A DNA stretch of 63,943 bases, the filler included, from Folioceros fuciformis (Eukaryota): assembly GCA_049999805.1 (NCBI GenBank). It is 5 parts of 5 records of this genome, joined end to end, with 100 filler letters (N's around TTAATTAATTAA, not from the genome) between each part and the next. Parts side by side here need not be neighbours in the genome. Positions count along the whole stretch, not along the records: positions 41,406 to 54,402 come from JBNGIO010006040.1; positions 54,503 to 59,212 come from JBNGIO010006050.1; positions 59,313 to 63,943 come from JBNGIO010006051.1; 2 more parts are not named here. One strand, written 5' to 3'. The notes beneath the pieces were generated by a model, which saw only the letters and a program-made list of their open reading frames with translations, ran no database searches and was not told the DNA's origin. Positions 49,076 through 59,566 of this stretch are shown here, in pieces (positions within the stretch are counted from its first letter, which is position 1; each line of letters begins with the position of its first letter). A program made the position numbers and the translations under genes.

Positions 49076-51910
49076 GTGGCTGACTTCAAGGAAGCGAGAA
49101 AGGTGGATGTGGACGTTGCCGGTGAGGATATGGGGATGGGGGTGACGGCTGCAACCGTGAGCAGGCTGTGTTACGATGACCATGTCGCCATGGCTGTGGA
49201 GGCTTTGGGAGTTCTGGTGCAGACAGAGCGTTGTGTTTCCAAGTCGTTGATTTATGCAGTGCTAAAGAAGTGTGTTGTGAGGAAGGATGTGGTACTGGGT
49301 AGTCGGGTGCATGCATTCACGGTGAAGACGGGGTACCAGTCAGACACGTTCCTGGGCTTCCACATCCTGCGAATGTACGCCTCTCACGGCAGGCTGGAAG
49401 ACGCGATGGATGTGTTTTCAGCGGTTGCGGAGCCAGATGCCTTCACCTGGTCTGCCATGATTTGCGCCTACGTGAAGCGAGGACGGGAAATTCAGGCCAT
49501 AGAACTGTATCATCGGATGCGCAGGTCAGGTGTGACGCCGGACAGCCATGTGTTCGTGGCTGCCATTCAGGCTTGTGCGAGGGCAGCAGACTTGAAATCT
49601 GGGCTGGAGGTGCATGCTGGAATGCTTGCTAGTGGCATTAAGCCTGATCTGTTTGTCTGTAATTGTTTGGTGAACATGTACGCAAAGTGTGGCAGCTTGG
49701 AGGATGCTCAGACAGTGTTTGAGGGAATGAGGCAGAAGGATGCGGTGACGTGGAATGCTCTTATTGCAGGATACTCTAAGCAGGGTAAGGGGCAGGAAGC
49801 CCTCCGGCTGTACAATGCTATGCAGGAAGAAGGCATTGCTGCACCTGATTCCGTAACCTTTGTGTGCCTGCTGCAGGCATGTGCAAGTGTGGGCGCGCCA
49901 GCTTTAGCACAAGGGAAGGAGCTTCATGGGCAGATCAGGGAACAGGGACATCAGGCTGATTTGTTCGTAGGCAGCAGTTTGGTGAACATGTACGCGAAGT
50001 GTGGGAGCTTGGGACATGCCCAGAGGGTGTTTGATGAACTGGTTCGAAAGGATCTGGTCACTTGGAATGCCCTGATAGCAGGGTATTCTCAGGCAGGCAT
50101 GGGCCATGAAGCCCTGCGTCTCTACAATTTTATGCTCAAAGACGGCGTGACTGTACCTGATTCTGTGACATTTCTGTGCCTCTTGCAGGCATGTGCAAGC
50201 GTGGGCACCCAAGCTTTGGAGACGGGGAAGCAACTTTATGAACAAATTAGAGAACGAGGACATCATGCTGATGTATCTGTGGCCAGCAGCTTGGTGAACA
50301 TGTTTGCAAAATGTGGCAGCTTGGTAGATGCTCGAAGAGTTTTTGACGGACTTGGTAAGACGAATATGGTTACATGGACTGCAATGATATCAGGGTATGC
50401 TCAGCAGGGAATGGGGCAAGAAGCCCTTTGTCTCTACAGTGCCATGCAAGTAAAAGGCATCACTGTACCTGATTCCGTGACATTTGTGTGCCTTCTGCAG
50501 GCATGTGCACGTGTGGGGTCGGCAGCTTTGGAGATGGGGAAGCAGCTTCATGCTCAAATCAGGGAACAAGGATATCACACTGATGTATTTGTAGGCAGCA
50601 GCTTGGTGAACATGTATGCAAAATGTGGCAGCTTGGAAGATGCTCAGCTTGTGTTTGACGGACTTGGTCAAAAAGATGTGGTGACATGGAATGCCTTGAT
50701 CGCAGGTTATTCCCAGCAGGGCATGGGCCAGGAAGCCCTTCATCTCTTCGGTGCTATGCAAGAAGAAGGCATCGCTGTACCTGATTCCGTGACGTTGGTT
50801 TGCCTCTTGCAGGCATGTGCGAGTGTGGGCATCCAAGCGTTGGAGGTAGGCAAGCAGCTCCATGACCAAATTAGACAGCAAGGACTCCCAGTCGATGCCC
50901 TTGTGGGCAGCAGTTTGATGAACATGTATGCAAAGTGCGGCAGCTTAGAAGATGCTCAGAGAGTGTTTGACGCTCTTGGTCAGAAAGATGTGGTGACATG
51001 GAGCACCATGATAGCAGGGTATTCCCAGCAAGGCATGGGGCAGGAAGCGCTGCGTCTCTACAGTGTTATGCAAAAGGAAGAAATTGCTGTACCCAATTCC
51101 GCGACATTTGTGTGCCTTTTGCAGGCTTGTGCAAATGTGGCAGCTTTGCATTTGGGAAGGCAGCTCCACGCACAGATTAAAGAGAAGGGACTCGAATCTG
51201 ACAAGTTTGTGGCCGGCAGTTTGATTAACATGTACGGGAAATGCGGGAGCATGGTAGATGCACAGGGGGCGTTTGATTCGCTGCACGAAAGAGAGATTGC
51301 TGCCTGGAACGCACTGATCGCAGGCTACAGCTGTCAAGGAGACAGTGAAGAGGTCTTCTCCTTGGTGGAGAGAATGAGAGAGGATGGAATACAGCCAGTT
51401 GGCATCACATTCGTTAGTGTTCTAACAGTGTGCAGTCATGCGGGTCTGGTGAACAAAGGTTGGGAGTACTTCGAGGCAATGAGCAAGCACTACGGCATCA
51501 CTCCGACCGAGGACCACTACTCATGCATGCTGGATCTCCTGGGTCGTGCAGGACAACTGAATGAAGCCCTAGCCCTTCTACGAGCGATGCCTGCACCTCC
51601 TAATGCTGCAATTTGGCATACTCTACTGAGTGCTTGTCGCAAGTGGTGCAATGTGGAGATCGGACGCCATGCTTTTGACCAAGCACTGAAGCTGGAAGAG
51701 AGAGACGCTGCAGCATATGTACTGATGTCCGCGATATATACTAGTGCTCAGATGTGGGAGCAGGCCCGATTGATGGACGATAAGAGAAAAAGAATCCTGG
51801 CATTGAAGCAGCCAGGTCAGAGCTGGTGGACGGACGACGATGGACTGGTGCACAGTTTTGTGGTTGGGGATGAGAAGCAGCCACAGGGGCCCACCGGACG
51901 AAACACGTAG
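49076..51910 (+). CDS. PLS-class PPR protein (organellar RNA-editing factor family) with E1/E2 and PG box; DYW domain truncated
   Basis: 944-aa ORF of P-L-S triplets (LVNMYAKCGSLEDA/TWNALIAGY/TFVCLLQAC), CSHAG, HYSCMLDLLGRAG, then KQPGQSWWTD..VHSFVVGD and a stop. True start or upstream exons uncertain. Confidence 0.93.
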   Translation: MADFKEARKVDVDVAGEDMGMGVTAATVSRLCYDDHVAMAVEALGVLVQTERCVSKSLIYAVLKKCVVRKDVVLGSRVHAFTVKTGYQSDTFLGFHILRMYASHGRLEDAMDVFSAVAEPDAFTWSAMICAYVKRGREIQAIELYHRMRRSGVTPDSHVFVAAIQACARAADLKSGLEVHAGMLASGIKPDLFVCNCLVNMYAKCGSLEDAQTVFEGMRQKDAVTWNALIAGYSKQGKGQEALRLYNAMQEEGIAAPDSVTFVCLLQACASVGAPALAQGKELHGQIREQGHQADLFVGSSLVNMYAKCGSLGHAQRVFDELVRKDLVTWNALIAGYSQAGMGHEALRLYNFMLKDGVTVPDSVTFLCLLQACASVGTQALETGKQLYEQIRERGHHADVSVASSLVNMFAKCGSLVDARRVFDGLGKTNMVTWTAMISGYAQQGMGQEALCLYSAMQVKGITVPDSVTFVCLLQACARVGSAALEMGKQLHAQIREQGYHTDVFVGSSLVNMYAKCGSLEDAQLVFDGLGQKDVVTWNALIAGYSQQGMGQEALHLFGAMQEEGIAVPDSVTLVCLLQACASVGIQALEVGKQLHDQIRQQGLPVDALVGSSLMNMYAKCGSLEDAQRVFDALGQKDVVTWSTMIAGYSQQGMGQEALRLYSVMQKEEIAVPNSATFVCLLQACANVAALHLGRQLHAQIKEKGLESDKFVAGSLINMYGKCGSMVDAQGAFDSLHEREIAAWNALIAGYSCQGDSEEVFSLVERMREDGIQPVGITFVSVLTVCSHAGLVNKGWEYFEAMSKHYGITPTEDHYSCMLDLLGRAGQLNEALALLRAMPAPPNAAIWHTLLSACRKWCNVEIGRHAFDQALKLEERDAAAYVLMSAIYTSAQMWEQARLMDDKRKRILALKQPGQSWWTDDDGLVHSFVVGDEKQPQGPTGRNT

Positions 51911-52648
51911 CTTTCAATCGTCAAAGTTAGTTCTCTCCTCAACACTCAACTGCAAGGCGGGTCCTTCGTAGATCGAAAACGAAATCAGTTTGCTAAACGA
52001 CAGGTTCGAATGTGTCCTACTTCGTCTTGAAGCACAACAACTCTCCCTCCAAATCTCTCTGTTCCCAGGCGAGGGGTGGAGATAGACACAAGAAAGGTGC
52101 AAGACATTTGATGAAGGACTTAGGCGTGGTGCCGACTGTGGAGGGTATGAGATCCACGACGATGACCAGGTATGCCACGGTGTCTGCCCGCTCCGGTATG
52201 AAGTTGCCTGGGACCTTATCAACCAGGGTTTCAGGAAATGTAGGCATACTGACGTCACAGCCAGTACTCTCCGTTCACGCCTGACAGTATTAAACCCCGG
52301 TATCTAAGCCCACCGCGACGCGGTAAGTGAGTCGCAGTGGTATGCACATCCAGTTGAGTCTTCGGCAAGCATGAGAGTTTGTATGTCACCCGATGATGTG
52401 CGAAAACGATGTGCCGGCAGGTGTACCAGGGTACTGCCAAGCTCAAAAAGTATCAGGTTTGTCAATGCAGTTGATGATCCTGAGGAGCAGCCAGCATTGT
52501 CCACATCAGTGCCAGCTTGCCCCGCTCTCACCACCGGGGGCTCCCAGGTCACGGATTGCTTCGGTAAGGCCACAGGTCTGGGCTTTCCAGTTGAGATGCT
52601 CCCAAGGAACTGAAGGAAGGAACTCTCCTGCAAAGATTCACGATGGAG

Positions 52649-54402
52649 TTATATCGACTGATCCACAGCGGGGCACTCGGCTGCCATGCTGTCAAGCTCC
52701 TTGAGACATCCAACAGCGCCCATAGTCTGCGTAAGCCAAGTGGTGAAAGCAACGAGGCGACCCAGAGAAGACGACACGTCCTCAGCTTGCACACAGCCTG
52801 AAAGGAGATGCTCCTTCAGGCGCAGGCTCTCCACAGTCACCTCCCACCTGCTGATAACCTCGCTCTTGCCAGTAGCCTGCATCCGCACCCTTTTGATGAC
52901 CACCTTGTGCTCCTTATTACAGAAAACCTCAACACCCTTGTATCGAACGACCGTCACGGCGTGGGAGTACTCGCCTCCTGCCTCAGGAATCTTCAGCAGG
53001 CCGTCAGTCTTAGCCTCAACAATAGCTCCTCTCACGATGTTCTCTATCTCCGCCGTTTCCTCACGGTCGAAGGGCTCAGACATGACATTCCCCGCCGGCC
53101 TCTTCTTCACCAGCATCCTAAAATCCCCGTCCGGGCACCGTCTCAGGAATGAGAAAAGGGCGTGCCGTTTATATAACGTTTTAAACTTAATTCGCTGCTC
53201 CTGCTTCCCCTGTTCCTTCGAAGCCGTAGCATCCTCATCTCCCTCCAGCTTGACAGATACCGTGTACTTGTTCCGGCTCTCGTTATGCTCCAGATGCAGC
53301 GTCACTGAATCGGCAACCCGAAGCTTCCCAAACCCTAAGTCCTCCAACGCAGCCCGAGCAAGCGTAATGCTCTCCTCGTTGTAGGGATTCGAGCTCTGCA
53401 GCGTCCAGTTCCCAGTGGCCAGCTTTTCCTGCATCTCCTCCACACTGGCAGACATGGAGGCCTGTAGCTGGCACTCGGACCTTGGCCCTCTAGAGGGCCG
53501 GAAGAAGATCTTAACGATCTGCGCCTGCACCTTCACGTGCGTGCCCTTCCTATAGCTGAACGTGGCGGCCTTGATCACCTCAGCGAACCCCGGCAGAACT
53601 TCCTCCGCCTTGCCCCCGACCCAATCCACGCACACCAGGCTCTTGTCGGATTTGCGCGCCACAGGTCCACCATTGGCCCCCTCGTTAGACTCGCCTCCTC
53701 CGGGCTGCGCTTCTTCCTCCGTCGCCTCCGTAGGCTCGGTCGATTGAAGCACATACACATCCCTTGACAGACTCACGAACTCCCGCAGGCAGCGGGGGAT
53801 GGCGTCTTTCGGGAGGCGGTGTAGCAACAGGCGGGACTCGCCACGGGAGGTCTGCAGGTANNNNNNNNNNNNNNNNNNNNNNNNNNNNNNNNNNNNNNNN
53901 NNNNNNNNNNNNNNNNNNNNNNNNNNNNNNNNNNNNNNNNNNNNNNNNNNNNNNNNNNNNGATACGGACACATCCGGGCGCCAATTCTTGGCGTCGGAAC
54001 GGGCCAGGAGTGTCTCGATCAGCATCTCCGCCTTCTCCACGCAGGCCACGTTGTCGGAGGTAAGCGTCACCTGGTCTCTTTCCTTGTTCAGCTGGATCTG
54101 CACATAGCCGGGAATACAATCCTGCAAGGCCCTGATGGTTGCCCCCTGCTTGCCGATTATCTTCCCCGTCGAGCCGGGCGGGATGTCAATTTTCCTATAC
54201 ACCACCTCGTCCGGACATCCCAGTTCCAGGAAGTCTGGCAGCTCCGATTCCCCTCCCTTCTCCCTCTCGCTTCGAGGCCGCTTAACATCCTTCCCGCCCC
54301 AATCAGGCCCGTCGAAGCCGCGCTTCCTCTGGTCCTTCCCCCACCCGCCTCCTCCCCCTCCGTCCTCTGATCCAATTGTCGCGCCCCAGCCTCCGTCTTC
54401 GT
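52649..54402 (-). CDS. KH-domain protein with WG/GW-containing N-terminus and an uncharacterised C-terminal domain; 5' end beyond the contig edge
   Basis: IDIPPGSTGKIIGKQGATIRALQ is a type I KH motif (GxxG). The frame stays open upstream of 54205 to 54402. N100 gap inside, so frame continuity across it is unverified. Confidence 0.8.
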
Positions 54403-54502
54403 NNNNNNNNNNNNNNNNNNNNNNNNNNNNNNNNNNNNNNNNNNNNTTAATTAATTAANNNNNNNNNNNNNNNNNNNNNNNNNNNNNNNNNNNNNNNNNN
54501 NN
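54403..54502. other. Artificial scaffold linker
   Basis: N44-TTAATTAATTAA-N44. Confidence 0.97.
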
Positions 54503-54812
54503 AATGGCAGCGTGTGAAGTGACTTGGATTTGTAAGTTACTCGGAGATTTTGGATTGCAGGTCAACGACAAGGTTGTTATCTACTGTGACAATCTTAGCA
54601 GCATACAGTTGGCGCGAAACCCAGTGTTTCATGCCAGGACAAAACACATTGAAATACATTATCATTTTCTTCGCGAAAGGATTTTATCTGGAGCTATTGA
54701 TCTTGTGTATGTCAACACAGACGAGCAGATAGCCGATATATTTACTAAGCCGATGGGAGCAGAGAAGCTGAAGAAATTCCGAGCTATGTTAGGCGTACAG
54801 ATGCTATGTTGA
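54503..54812 (+). mobile_element. Copia RNase H C-terminal fragment
   Basis: IYCDNLS..NPVFHARTKHIEIHYHF..QIADIFTK. Confidence 0.92.
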
Positions 54813-54914
54813 GCNNNNNNNNNNNNNNNNNNNNNNNNNNNNNNNNNNNNNNNNNNNNNNNNNNNNNNNNNNNNNNNNNNNNNNNNNNNNNNNNNNNNNN
54901 NNNNNNNNNNNNNN

Positions 54915-57900
54915 GCTGGCTGCCTTTCTAGCCAGCCGCCCTGACGGATGCGATCCAGGCCAGCCGGCCATGGCCTGGCCGACTGGCCACCGATTAGTCA
55001 CCTGTCCCGCTAGCCCCTGCTGGCTGTCTACCTGCGCCGGTGTCGGGCCACCTGCCTGGCCCAGGCCATTTCCCCAAGCCGCCAGCCGCCAGCCGTCAGG
55101 CGGCAGCCTGGTTGCCTAGCGATCCGACATCTGCCAGGCCGCCTACAAGCCGCCTGCAAGCCGGCCTACCTGCTAGCAGCCAGATCAGCCTGGGCTAGCC
55201 GTTGGCCGGGCTGCCTGCCGTTGCCTAGCTGATCTGCTACTACAGCCAGCCCGCCGTCGCCTGGCGATCCCGCCAATCTGGTCTCCATCGTAGCCGCCAA
55301 TTTGGCCTTGGGTGCCCTATCTTCGACCCTGGCAGGGCAACCACTTGTCTGGTCTACCCGGCTACCTGCCTGCAGCCCGCCTGGCTGGCCCCAGATTGGC
55401 CAGCCTGTTGAGTTATCGAGCTCTATATGAGCTAAACTCATGTGGTGTTAGTTATCCCAGTTGGGTTCATACTAGACTAGTTCTAGTTATTAGTGAACTT
55501 AGGATAGTGTAGATTATCCCATATTGAACCTGGAAGTTGTGTAGCCCTAAATGTACTACTTAAATGGAGACCTCGGACCTCCACAGTAAGACAGCGGTGA
55601 TGTGTATTGTTTTCATGGTTGTGATCACCAATACCACCCTCTCTTCTCTCCTCTCCTCTCCTACACTTGCACGTAGACTGGAGTCGATCCTATTGACATG
55701 GTATCAGAGCCCGGTGCAGGCAGTGCAAGATCGGCGTAGGAGGTGCTGCAAGAGGCAGCAAGAGTGCACACCAGAAGCTAGAGCAGCTACGAAAAGTTGG
55801 AGCAGCTTGGAGGGAGATCGGCAGCAAGCGTCCCGGCAGCTAACTCTCATATCGGTGTGTGCAGGAAGTGAGGAGAAGGGCGACAAGGCCCTGTCAGCTT
55901 ACTGGACTAGCTGTTGATCCCCAGAGCTCTGTGGAAGGGCTGACAAGTGGAGGCAACAGCTGCAATAGCCTCAGCAGCTGCAAGGAAGTGTGCTAACCCT
56001 AGCTTGGCAGCAGGGAAGGAATTGACAGGAAATCTCACGGGAGCTTTGTGGGCAGACAGTCAAGAGTCTGTAAGGACACGGAGCATGAGACAATCTGGTT
56101 CACGCAAGGCAACGTGATTCCGCACCAGATTGCTCTTAGGAAGAAGAGACTTAAGGTCTTGTGAGTAAAACTCCAGTCAGAAGTAGTCTGGTTCTTTCAG
56201 ACATTTATCAGGTGTGAGTACTCAAGAAAGGATTGAGTGTCAACCTTGAGTGGTGGCAAGAATGGCCAGTGATAGTATTAACCAGATCGTACAGGAGAAG
56301 CTGGACAAAAACAACTTCCATGCCTGGAAGTTTCGTTTTACAAACTTTCTTATGGGAAAGGGTTATTGGGACTACATTGAGGGGGAGCATGAAAAACCCC
56401 CTGTAGTACTTGAACGGAATGCAACAGCGGAGCAGATTAAGGCGCTGAAGGATTCGAGTCAAGGATCTCGGAAGGTCATGTATTGGCTGTCAATCAGCAT
56501 TCATGACACCATGATTGGGCACATACAGGATGCAGAGTCGCCCAAAGAAGCATGGGATGAGTTGGTAAAACTCTATGAGACTAACACGAAGGCGAGAAAA
56601 CTGCAGTTGAAGAATGACTTCAACACAGTTATGAAGAAGAACTTATCAATCAATGAGTACGCGTTAAAGATCAAAGGGATAGTGGAATCCCTTGCGTCCA
56701 TTGGTGTCAGTGTGGAAGATGATGACAAGGTCGAAGTTTGCTTGCGCGGGTTAACACCTGCCTACAAGTAGTTCAAGACTTCCATACAGACTCGGGAAAA
56801 CATTCCCAATTTCTCAGACCTGATTTCTATGTTGATCATAGAGGAGAAAAACCTAGGCGAGGAATCATCCTCTAAGCCTAAGGAAAACTCTGAGCAGGCC
56901 TTCTACTCTGGCAGAGGCAGAGGTAGAGCCCAAGGTGGCAGAGGGCAAAGAGGTGGTAGAGNNNNNNNNNNNNNNNNNNNNNNNNNNNNNNNNNNNNNNN
57001 NNNNNNNNNNNNNNNNNNNNNNNNNNNNNNNNNNNNNNNNNNNNNNNNNNNNNNNNNNNNNAACAAAATGATGCAAATGCAGACAATAGTGGTTGCTGGA
57101 CTTGTGGTAGGTTAGACCACTTCGAAAGAGACTATCCAAGGAGAAATCAAGGCAACAGGAGGCAGCAGAACAATTATGCCTCTAGCAGCAGTCAGAATGA
57201 CTCAGAAAACTTGTTTGTCATGTAGCATATGCTTAACTCTGTGTCTGCTAATGGATCCAACAATGGTGAGATTGTGTGGTATGTGGACTCAGAAGCTTCG
57301 AACCACATGACATGCCATGGGGAGTGGTTCAAAGAAATGCAAGTGCTTGACAAACCTGGATATGTAGAAACTGGAGATGACACAACACATGCAATTGTGC
57401 ATACAGGAACTGTACCTCTGAAGATGCAGGATGGCAAAGTGAAGTGCCTGGTAGATGTTCTTCACGTACCCAACATCACAAAGAACTTGGTGTCAGTTGG
57501 GCAGATGGTTGAGCAAGGACTGCAGGTTAGATTTACACCTGCAGGACTCTTTGTTGAAGAGTGCAAGAAAGGCGGTCGCCTGATTGCTCAAGGACAGAAG
57601 GTTGGACGGATGTTCACCTTGAACGTGGAGGTTCCTAAGCTGAAGTCAGCCATGTTTGCGAAGGGTACAAGGGTAGTGACAGACCTAGAGATGTGGCACA
57701 AACGCATTGGACATGTAAATGTGCAGAAGTTGAAGTCCATGCAGCATCAGAAGGTTGTCACAGGCATACCCAAGCTTACAGAAAATGGACTGCAAGGTAT
57801 ATGTGAAGCATGTCAACTTGGGAAACAGCCTAGGAATGCGTTCCCCCATGACAAACATGTCAGCAGATATGTGTTGGATGTTGTGCATTCAGATGTATGG

Positions 57901-58880
57901 GGTCCTACACAGACTGCATCAATCGGAGGCTGCAAGTACTATGTGACCTTCATTGACGACCACACAAGGAAGGTGTGGGTCTATTTCATGAAAGAAAAAA
58001 GTGAAGTGATCACTCATTTTCATACTTTCAAGGCGATGGTTGAGAAGCAGACAGGTAGGCACATCAAATGCCTAAGATCTGATGGAGGGGGAGAGTACTT
58101 CTCCAGAGAGTTAAGCAAATTCTTATCAGAACAGGGCATTCAACGGCAGTACTCATGTCGTTATACGCCACAACAAAATGGAGTTGCAGAGCGCAAGAAC
58201 AGGCACATAGCAGAAGTGGCGAGAGCATTGATGACAGAGAAGAAGATGCCTCACTACTATTGGGCTGAAGCTGTAAGCACAGCAGTGTACATCATGAACA
58301 GAACTCCCACAGCAGCGGTGCACAGTGTAACACCGGAGGAGAAGTTCACAGGGAAGAAACCTGACTTGTCACACTTAAAGGTATTTAGTTGCATTGCTTA
58401 TGTCCATATTCCGGATGAGTTGCGGACTAAGCTTGACCAAAAGCAGAAAAGTGTGTCTTCATTGGGTATTCTGTTACACAGGAAGGATACAGGTGCTACA
58501 ATCCCAGTACACGGACTATGAGAGTAAGCAGAGACGTAGTCTTTGATGAAATGGGTAGCTGGTACTTTGAAGTACAAGGAAGTAGTGTAGCTGATGTGCT
58601 TGAAACTGAGGTAACAAGCAATGCAGGTCAACAATCACAAGTGTTGAGTGGACTGCAAGCGTCATCAAACTCGACAAATGTTCAGAATCCATGGAGTGGC
58701 AGGTTGCGAGGTAGTGTGAGTCCTACGAGCTCCACAGCTGTGTCTCGCAAAGGGAAGGAAAAAGTCCAGGATTCAAAGATACCAGACCTAAGTGCAAGTG
58801 CGGATGATTCAAGCGACTCTGAGCAGAGCTTGGATGAGGAATTCGGTGTACCGAAAATCGAAACACTTGGTGCAAAAGAG
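54915..58880 (+). mobile_element. Ty1/copia element D (different family): LTR ending 55698, PBS 55699-55711, gag-PR-INT from 56262, truncated before RT
   Basis: TATTGACA-TGGTATCAGAGCC junction; EKLDKNNFHAWKF, CWTC..H, WYVDS.ASNH, WHKRIGH, VHSDVWGP, RSDGGGEY. Confidence 0.9.
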
Positions 58881-58984
58881 GTTCAATCAGCCCTCTTTTG
58901 GACCTGGAGAGCTCGCAATGGAAACGGAAACCTGAGGAGCTACTATGGGGTAGGAAGAGCACGCAACAAGGGGTACCTACTCCC

Positions 58985-59070
58985 GTAGGGAACCTACCTA
59001 CGAGAGGAGGGGTAGGGAACCTACCTACGAGAGGAGGCGTAGGGAACCTACGTACGAGAGGAGGGGTAGG
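58985..59070. repeat. 27-bp minisatellite, about 3.2 copies
   Basis: GTAGGGAACCTACCTACGAGAGGAGGS. Confidence 0.9.
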
Positions 59071-59087
59071 AATGGTAGGTACCCTAC

Positions 59088-59212
59088 TGTCAATAGGATC
59101 GACTCCAGTCTACGTGCAAGTGTAGGAGAGGAGAGGAGAGAAGAGAGGGTGGTATTGGTGATCATAACCATGAAAACAATACACATCACCACTGTCTTAC
59201 TATGGAGGTCCG
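59088..59212 (-). repeat. 3' end of a D-family LTR in inverted orientation
   Basis: Reverse complement of about 55573-55698, ending at the LTR-terminal CA. Confidence 0.9.
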
Positions 59213-59312
59213 NNNNNNNNNNNNNNNNNNNNNNNNNNNNNNNNNNNNNNNNNNNNTTAATTAATTAANNNNNNNNNNNNNNNNNNNNNNNNNNNNNNNN
59301 NNNNNNNNNNNN
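59213..59312. other. Artificial scaffold linker
   Basis: N44-TTAATTAATTAA-N44. Confidence 0.97.
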
Positions 59313-59315
59313 ATC

Positions 59316-59445
59316 AGTATTTAATTACGTATAAATATATGATGCATGAATACTTACCTGTACACCTCCCCAGCATCCCTCCCCTACATATTATGATTAG
59401 TATTTAATTACGTATAAATATATGATGCATGAATACTTACATGTA
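59316..59445. repeat. Direct repeat with 83-bp period
   Basis: AGTATTTAATTACGTATAAATATATGATGCATGAATACTTAC at 59316 and 59399. Confidence 0.85.
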
Positions 59446-59566
59446 CTGTTAAAGCCATAGCTCTCTATAGTCTGTTTAAGTGTTCATGTCCACTGCAGCA
59501 CATTTGAACGCACTCATAAACAATTTTCAGCAACTTACTTTACATCAAACCACTCAGCCCTCAGCC

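Noticed and set aside
51914-52633. Short ORFs between the PPR and KH genes (one has an HxD)
   Set aside because: No consistent frame or recognisable domain; probably the UTRs of convergent genes.
52686-53384. 232-aa plus-strand ORF
   Set aside because: Antisense shadow of the GC-rich KH gene.
55564-55917. 117-aa ORF spanning the LTR/PBS of element D as a possible extra ORF
   Set aside because: It crosses the LTR boundary, has low complexity and does not resemble the upstream ORFs of A-C.
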